This document shows positions 42,992-43,810 of a DNA stretch of 43,810 nt, one piece after another; positions within the stretch are counted from its first letter, which is position 1; every line of letters begins with the position of its first letter. The stretch is from the IMG/VR virus record IMGVR_UViG_3300036773_000157, positions 1 through 43,810 of that record, one strand, 5' to 3'. The notes under the pieces were generated by a model. It did no database searches and was not told the origin of the DNA. It worked only from the letters and a program-made list of their open reading frames with translations. The DNA is from a virus. Taxonomy: Duplodnaviria > Caudoviricetes. The translations under genes and the position numbers were made by a program.

Positions 42992-43810
42992 ATGATGAAG
43001 CACCTCCGGTCCCTCGGAGCGCGGGCGCTTGCGTGTCTGGCGCTCGCCTTCGCCAGCCCGGCGCTGGCCGACAACCAGACCGCCAAGAACGCCAGTTCGA
43101 CGACCTTCTCCTTTTGCACGAAGACGGTGGCCGGCGTCGAACACTACTGCCATGTGGCGGAGGGCTACACCGGCTCGGCCTATGTGCCGTTCCTGGTCGA
43201 CTCGGCCGGCCGGCTGAACATCAACGTCAATGGCTCCGTGACGGTCGTCGGCGGCGCGGCGAGCGGCTCGCCGCCGTCCGGCAACCCGAACCTGATCGCC
43301 GGCTCGGACGGGACCGCCGTGCACACCATCGGAGCGTACATCCCAGGCGACGCCTTCTCGACCGCGCCCTACGGCATCGCCACCACCGGCCGCAACATGG
43401 TCTACAACGGGACCAGCTGGGACATGCAGCGGGCCGCGGCGCACGGCTATAACGCCACGGGGATAGGCCTGACCGCCGCCGCCCTGACGGCCGAGTTCGA
43501 CGACGTTTCGCCCACCACCGTCACCGAGAACCAGTTCGGCACGGTGCGGATGAACGCCGACCGCGCCTTGTATGTGGCCAGCGATCCGGCCGCCCCGATC
43601 GTCATCGCCTCGACGGTCGCCAACCCGGCCTCCACCCTCACCCGGCCGGCCGACACCACGCCCTACGCCGCCAACGACCTGGTGGCCTCGTCCACCACGG
43701 CGGGCTCCGTGACGGTCCCCAGCTTCACCGCGACCCGGGTCGCCGCCGGCTCCTTCCGCGTGGCCGAGCTGCGGCTGGCCAGCAACCACACCACCGGCCT
43801 TTCCGGCGTG
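42992..43810 (+). CDS. Tail-region protein with N-terminal signal peptide, truncated by the window end (absent from the ORF track)
   Basis: SD AAGG; MMKHLRSLGARALACLALAFASPALA-DNQTAK...; open for 273 codons to the window end; includes YNGTSWD and TRPADTTPYAANDLV. Confidence 0.75.
   Translation, partial: MMKHLRSLGARALACLALAFASPALADNQTAKNASSTTFSFCTKTVAGVEHYCHVAEGYTGSAYVPFLVDSAGRLNINVNGSVTVVGGAASGSPPSGNPNLIAGSDGTAVHTIGAYIPGDAFSTAPYGIATTGRNMVYNGTSWDMQRAAAHGYNATGIGLTAAALTAEFDDVSPTTVTENQFGTVRMNADRALYVASDPAAPIVIASTVANPASTLTRPADTTPYAANDLVASSTTAGSVTVPSFTATRVAAGSFRVAELRLASNHTTGLSGV

Noticed and set aside
40336-43810. Absence of lysis genes and of a recognisable central tail hub as evidence of a defective prophage
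   Set aside because: The window ends mid-gene, so these may lie downstream.

Overview
The window is the left ~44 kb of an apparently intact lambda/HK97-like temperate siphovirus prophage. It is integrated at the 3' end of a tRNA-Pro(UGG) gene in a high-GC alphaproteobacterium, most likely Caulobacteraceae, judged from a GapR homologue that closely resembles the Caulobacter protein as I recall it. Gene order: tRNA/attL and tyrosine integrase; a mosaic leftward early arm (xis-like, HNH-like, NADAR, ASCH, Ala-rich protein, ParB-like, DEDDh exonuclease); an immunity region (PL, membrane-anchored HIRAN, S24 repressor, Cro, six related operator-like sites); a rightward early arm (C5 and amino-type DNA methyltransferases, an inverted TA module, a GapR-FtsK-gamma fusion, a radical SAM protein, a replication initiator with iterons, a late regulator); and packaging, head and tail genes, with an accessory island carrying higBA before the tape measure gene. 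The window ends inside a tail-region gene; lysis genes and attR are not visible. The most notable observations are the GapR/FtsK-gamma chimera, accessory genes (including a NADAR) bracketed by short direct repeats of gene-boundary sequence, an 88-codon G-N-G tract, a homopolymer frameshift in a winged-helix gene, and a tail-region protein with a signal peptide. All family assignments come from motif recognition by eye; no database searches were run.
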